A stretch of 64,000 nucleotides of DNA from Candidatus Daviesbacteria bacterium (GTDB taxonomy: Bacteria; Patescibacteriota; Microgenomatia; Daviesbacterales; UBA10151): assembly GCA_016176465.1 (NCBI GenBank), contig JACOXD010000011.1, positions 12,318 through 76,317 on the forward strand. The letters run 5' to 3'. Position numbers and translations under genes: made by a program. The notes beneath the pieces were generated by a model, which saw nothing but the letters and a program-made list of their open reading frames with translations, made no database searches and had not been told where the DNA came from. Position 1 is the first letter of the stretch. Each line of letters begins with the position of its first letter. This document shows positions 60,697-64,000 of this stretch, piece after piece.

Positions 60697-61041
60697 ATGA
60701 GCCATCGTTATGAAAGTGATCCGGGAATAACATCTGACGAACAGTTAGATAGAGGAGAGCAGTACAAAGTTAGAGACATACTGATGGCTATAGTGGTGCT
60801 CCCGTTAACTTTGATGAGGTTGGCTAGAGCTTTAGAGAGACTAAATAGTGAGCTAGCCCACTACAATCGGCTACCGAAAACTTTGGAAGGTGTAGTTGAA
60901 GTCGGGCAGGATTTTAATGAAGGGTTTTATCGACTTTTTGATGGTAGAGTAAAATATAATCGTGATAATCCAGGAATCCCTCAAGATAATATATCTGAGG
61001 GAGTCTCTTCCAAGGCTAATTCTACTTATATTCCAGAATAG
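60697..61041 (+). CDS. Hypothetical protein
   Basis: ORF with purine-rich SD-like sequence upstream. Confidence 0.45.
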   Translation: MSHRYESDPGITSDEQLDRGEQYKVRDILMAIVVLPLTLMRLARALERLNSELAHYNRLPKTLEGVVEVGQDFNEGFYRLFDGRVKYNRDNPGIPQDNISEGVSSKANSTYIPE

Positions 61042-61081
61042 CTAATCAAGAAATACTTTCCAAATTGCACTGTCGTCTTAC

Positions 61082-62344
61082 CTATAAGCTATCCGCCTTA
61101 ACAACAGGTTCTGGATGGAGTCCAGAAGGATCTGTATGACCTGCATTGAGAGCTTCTGCAGCAGCTACCAATCCATCTCGTATCTGTGACCAGGTTAATC
61201 CGGGATTAGATTTAATATATAAGGCGGCTGATCCTGCTACATGAGGAGAGGCCATGCTGGTGCCGCTGATTGTGTTGTATCCGCCCCCTTTCCAGGTTGA
61301 GAGGATGCTCACACCTGGCGCCCCCAGATCAACAACACTACCATAGTTGCTGAAAGTAGCAAAAGTGTCATCCGCGCCGTAAGAAGTGGCTGGACCCAGT
61401 CCTCCTGGTTGACCATCAGAATCAGCCAAAGCTGAGACAGCGATGACGGTATCATCATAGGCAGCAGGGACAAACTTGCTTGCATCATCGCTGCTATTGC
61501 CAGCTGCTACTGCATAGGTGACACCCGCATTTGTTGAGTTACAAATTGCTTTATGCAAGGCATCACCATTAGTATTTCCGCAATTATTATCACTACTACC
61601 ACTGCCACCTAAACTCATATTAGCAACCTTGATGTTGAACGTTGCCGCGTTTGCTGTTACCCAATCAACCCCGCAGATAACTGATGACCAAGTACCTGAC
61701 CCTATTCTATTAAGCACTTTGACAGCAATAAGCTTTGCCTCAGGTGCAACCCCGACAACCCCAATATCGTTATTAACCGCGGCAATAGTTCCCGCAACAT
61801 GACTGCCATGCCCGTTATCATCATTCCCTGTCTTTGCTCCTCGAATACAGCTTTTGTTTGCGACGATGTTATTCTTTAAATCAGGATGTGCTAAATCAAT
61901 ACCAGTATCAATAACAGCCACACCAATACCCGTTCCTTTATTGGGATTTACCAGTGCATTTACCCGACTGATCCCTGTTGGGGTAGTTTGGGCAAATGCC
62001 TCAACAACTCTATCCTCCGAGACAAATTGAACACGAGAGTCACCTTTTACCTTGTCAAGTCTTGCTTGAGGGATTGTGGCGGAAAAACCTTTAAGAGCAG
62101 TAGAATACACATGTTCAACAGAAAGACCATGGGTGCGTGCCATTTCATTGGCAACATCTTGGGGGCTTCCAATATCATCTTTCAACACCACAATAAAGTT
62201 ATTGGGGATAACATTAGACTTTCCCTGAGCTTCTACCTTGAGACCTGCTTGGGATAAAAGAACACCCCCTAAGACGAATAAAAGTAACAGAGAAGCAATG
62301 AATATATGTCTAAATCTACCACTAAACATAGTTGATGTTATCAC
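61082..62344 (-). CDS. Subtilisin-like S8 serine protease with I9 propeptide
   Basis: VIDTGI, HGSHVAG, AAGN, GTSMASPH. Confidence 0.95.
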   Translation of the reverse strand: MITSTMFSGRFRHIFIASLLLLFVLGGVLLSQAGLKVEAQGKSNVIPNNFIVVLKDDIGSPQDVANEMARTHGLSVEHVYSTALKGFSATIPQARLDKVKGDSRVQFVSEDRVVEAFAQTTPTGISRVNALVNPNKGTGIGVAVIDTGIDLAHPDLKNNIVANKSCIRGAKTGNDDNGHGSHVAGTIAAVNNDIGVVGVAPEAKLIAVKVLNRIGSGTWSSVICGVDWVTANAATFNIKVANMSLGGSGSSDNNCGNTNGDALHKAICNSTNAGVTYAVAAGNSSDDASKFVPAAYDDTVIAVSALADSDGQPGGLGPATSYGADDTFATFSNYGSVVDLGAPGVSILSTWKGGGYNTISGTSMASPHVAGSAALYIKSNPGLTWSQIRDGLVAAAEALNAGHTDPSGLHPEPVVKADSL

Positions 62345-62632
62345 TATATGCTACTAGAGAGTAAAAGTCAAGTTCTACCGGATCTACCATTAAGTTTGTG
62401 ACCTACGATTTGGTTCTTACGAACTCCACTATAGAAGAATTCGTACAGACTCTCAAGGAATGGAGGATCGTATTTGAGTCTTGTCCCAAGAAATTTAATT
62501 ATGCAACCACCTAATAATCCTGGCACTAGTTGATTATGTTGGAAATTATTATCAATCAATAAACCTTTATCCCTCATCTATTTTAAGATAGGCAATTCAT
62601 TATTTGCCCGACATTAAACAGACAAGGTTACG

Positions 62633-62869
62633 TTATGGAAGTGGCTCACAAAAAGTATGGAAGAAAGCCACCTCATCATTTACTGGATTGAGGACACTTG
62701 CAAATTCTCCCAAACCTTTTGTACCATTACCGTCTAAATCTTGAGCAAAAGCTGCCTCTGTTATACCAAATAGTTGGCAACTCGCATGTCCTTCATGAGC
62801 AAAAACTGGTATTGCGGAACTTGCAAACAGTTTTGCGCTTGCAGCTGCTCCGATTAAAAATTTTTTCAA
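62633..62869 (-). CDS. Small secreted hypothetical protein
   Basis: Strong SD AGGGGGTGA, MKK...PVFA signal, two Cys. Confidence 0.6.
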   Translation of the reverse strand: MKKFLIGAAASAKLFASSAIPVFAHEGHASCQLFGITEAAFAQDLDGNGTKGLGEFASVLNPVNDEVAFFHTFCEPLP

Positions 62870-62985
62870 TGTATCTCACCCCCTTTCATATGTAGGTAAT
62901 CTTTACATATGCCTTGTACCCAATGCCAAATGCATTATCCTCTAGTACACCCTCCGGGTGATTTAGCTTTACACCCTTTCTTGTG

Positions 62986-63058
62986 TGACCCGCCTCGGAC
63001 TCGAACCGAGAACCAACAGCTTAAAAGGCTGCTGCTCTTACCATTGAGCTAGCGGGCC
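62986..63058 (-). tRNA. tRNA-Lys(TTT)
   Basis: GGCCCGC/GCGGGTC acceptor, GCAGC-CTTTTAA-GCTGT, GGTTCGAGTCC. Confidence 0.93.
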
Positions 63059-63213
63059 ATTAATTTAGTTTTTAACCAATCCCATCCACTATACGATCTA
63101 GATACTTTAAGCCTCAATATTTTAACATTCAAGGAGGGTAATAGTCTATCTAAACTTGTAGCAATTAGTGCTGGATATGTTCCCAGAGTGAATTTGGAGT
63201 AAAATGGAAGAAA

Positions 63214-63864
63214 GTGGATACTAAAGTTAAACAAAAGCTTGATGATTTTTTCAAGCAGTACAAATATCAAAAGTTTGAAAAAGGTAAAATATTGGTGAGA
63301 GCAGATGCTAATCCAAAAGGCATTTTCTATCTTACAGAGGGTGTGGTTAGAAGATATTCAATTTCTCAACTTGGGAAGGAACTAACTCTTAATATCTATC
63401 GACCCATATCTTTCTTCCCCATGGATTTTGCAATAAATAAAACTTCTAGTTCTCATTTTTATGAGGCCATGAGTGATGTTGAGGTTTTCAGGGCTCCCAA
63501 AAAGCAGCTTTTGGAGTTTTTTAAAGAAAATAATGATGTTATGTTTGATCTAATTAGTAGAATATATAAAGGTTTAGAAGGCTATATGATGAGGATGGAG
63601 TATCTAATGGCTGGAAATGCTCAAGCTAGGCTAATCACAGAGTTTCTAATTTATGCCAGACGTTTTGGACAGTTAAAGGGCAGTAAAATAATAGTGAATT
63701 TAAAAGTAACTGAGAAAGACCTAGCTTCACAATCTGGCATGACTCGGGAAACTGTTAGTAGAGAGATCCAAAAGCTCAAACAATTGGGGATAATAGATTT
63801 TAAGAAAAATAAATTAAAATTTAATAAATTAGAGAAATTAGAACAAATGTTGTTTGGAATTTAG
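63214..63864 (+). CDS. Crp/Fnr-family transcriptional regulator
   Basis: cNMP-like domain; LAS..GMTRETVSR HTH. Confidence 0.92.
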   Translation: MDTKVKQKLDDFFKQYKYQKFEKGKILVRADANPKGIFYLTEGVVRRYSISQLGKELTLNIYRPISFFPMDFAINKTSSSHFYEAMSDVEVFRAPKKQLLEFFKENNDVMFDLISRIYKGLEGYMMRMEYLMAGNAQARLITEFLIYARRFGQLKGSKIIVNLKVTEKDLASQSGMTRETVSREIQKLKQLGIIDFKKNKLKFNKLEKLEQMLFGI

Positions 63865-64000
63865 AATTTGATATAACTTAACTATTATAGGGTTGAAGTT
63901 TAGTTTTACTCAGTAAGTACCAAAAAAAAGCTATCTTCCTCTTTTATTTAAGCTTATGTGGATTATATTTTTAAATCCAAAATAGGTTAGGTTAATAACA

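Noticed and set aside
61196-61208. TAATCC-G-GGATTA resembling the repair-gene REP
   Set aside because: A single half unit encoding the ordinary subtilisin NPxLT motif.
62368-62577. 69-aa ORF, and the similar 63049..63270 ORF
   Set aside because: No motifs; the latter overlaps the tRNA and the Crp gene.
1-64000. CRISPR array or integron
   Set aside because: No regularly spaced repeats, cas genes, integron integrase or clear attC array seen.

Overview
AT-rich bacterial DNA. Gene content and style (secG/holin/SBP/uvrC block, many GT-C glycosyltransferases, RAYT transposases, orphan ORFs, mostly leaderless starts) suggest Patescibacteria/CPR, probably Microgenomates; this is inference only. Bases 1-8083 are the right part of an integrative satellite/prophage-like element (Prim-Pol, P-loop replication protein, XRE regulator, serine recombinase, Xis-like HTH, HEPN-motif protein) ending at a tRNA-Gly-like 3' fragment. 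It is followed by a RAYT gene and a compact polysaccharide locus: a GT2 synthase fused to LysM and an AlgG-type (YGFDPHDD) beta-helix epimerase-like domain, a nucleotide-sugar dehydrogenase and a second secreted YGIDPHDD protein. This candidate minimal alginate-like system is the strongest novelty. The rest is chromosome: dinB, uvrA/B/C, lexA, split GlmU-like genes, secG, rsmI, dedA, five tRNAs and many orphans. Several small palindromic repeat families occur. One 38-bp REP doublet sits in-frame inside dinB, uvrB and uvrC, and a GIY-YIG gene is flanked by REP-like inverted repeats. An HNH gene lies between a decayed and an intact copy of the tRNA-Arg 5' half. dedA and rsmI share one CATG start palindrome with symmetric promoters. 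All calls come from reading motifs by eye; no database searches were run.
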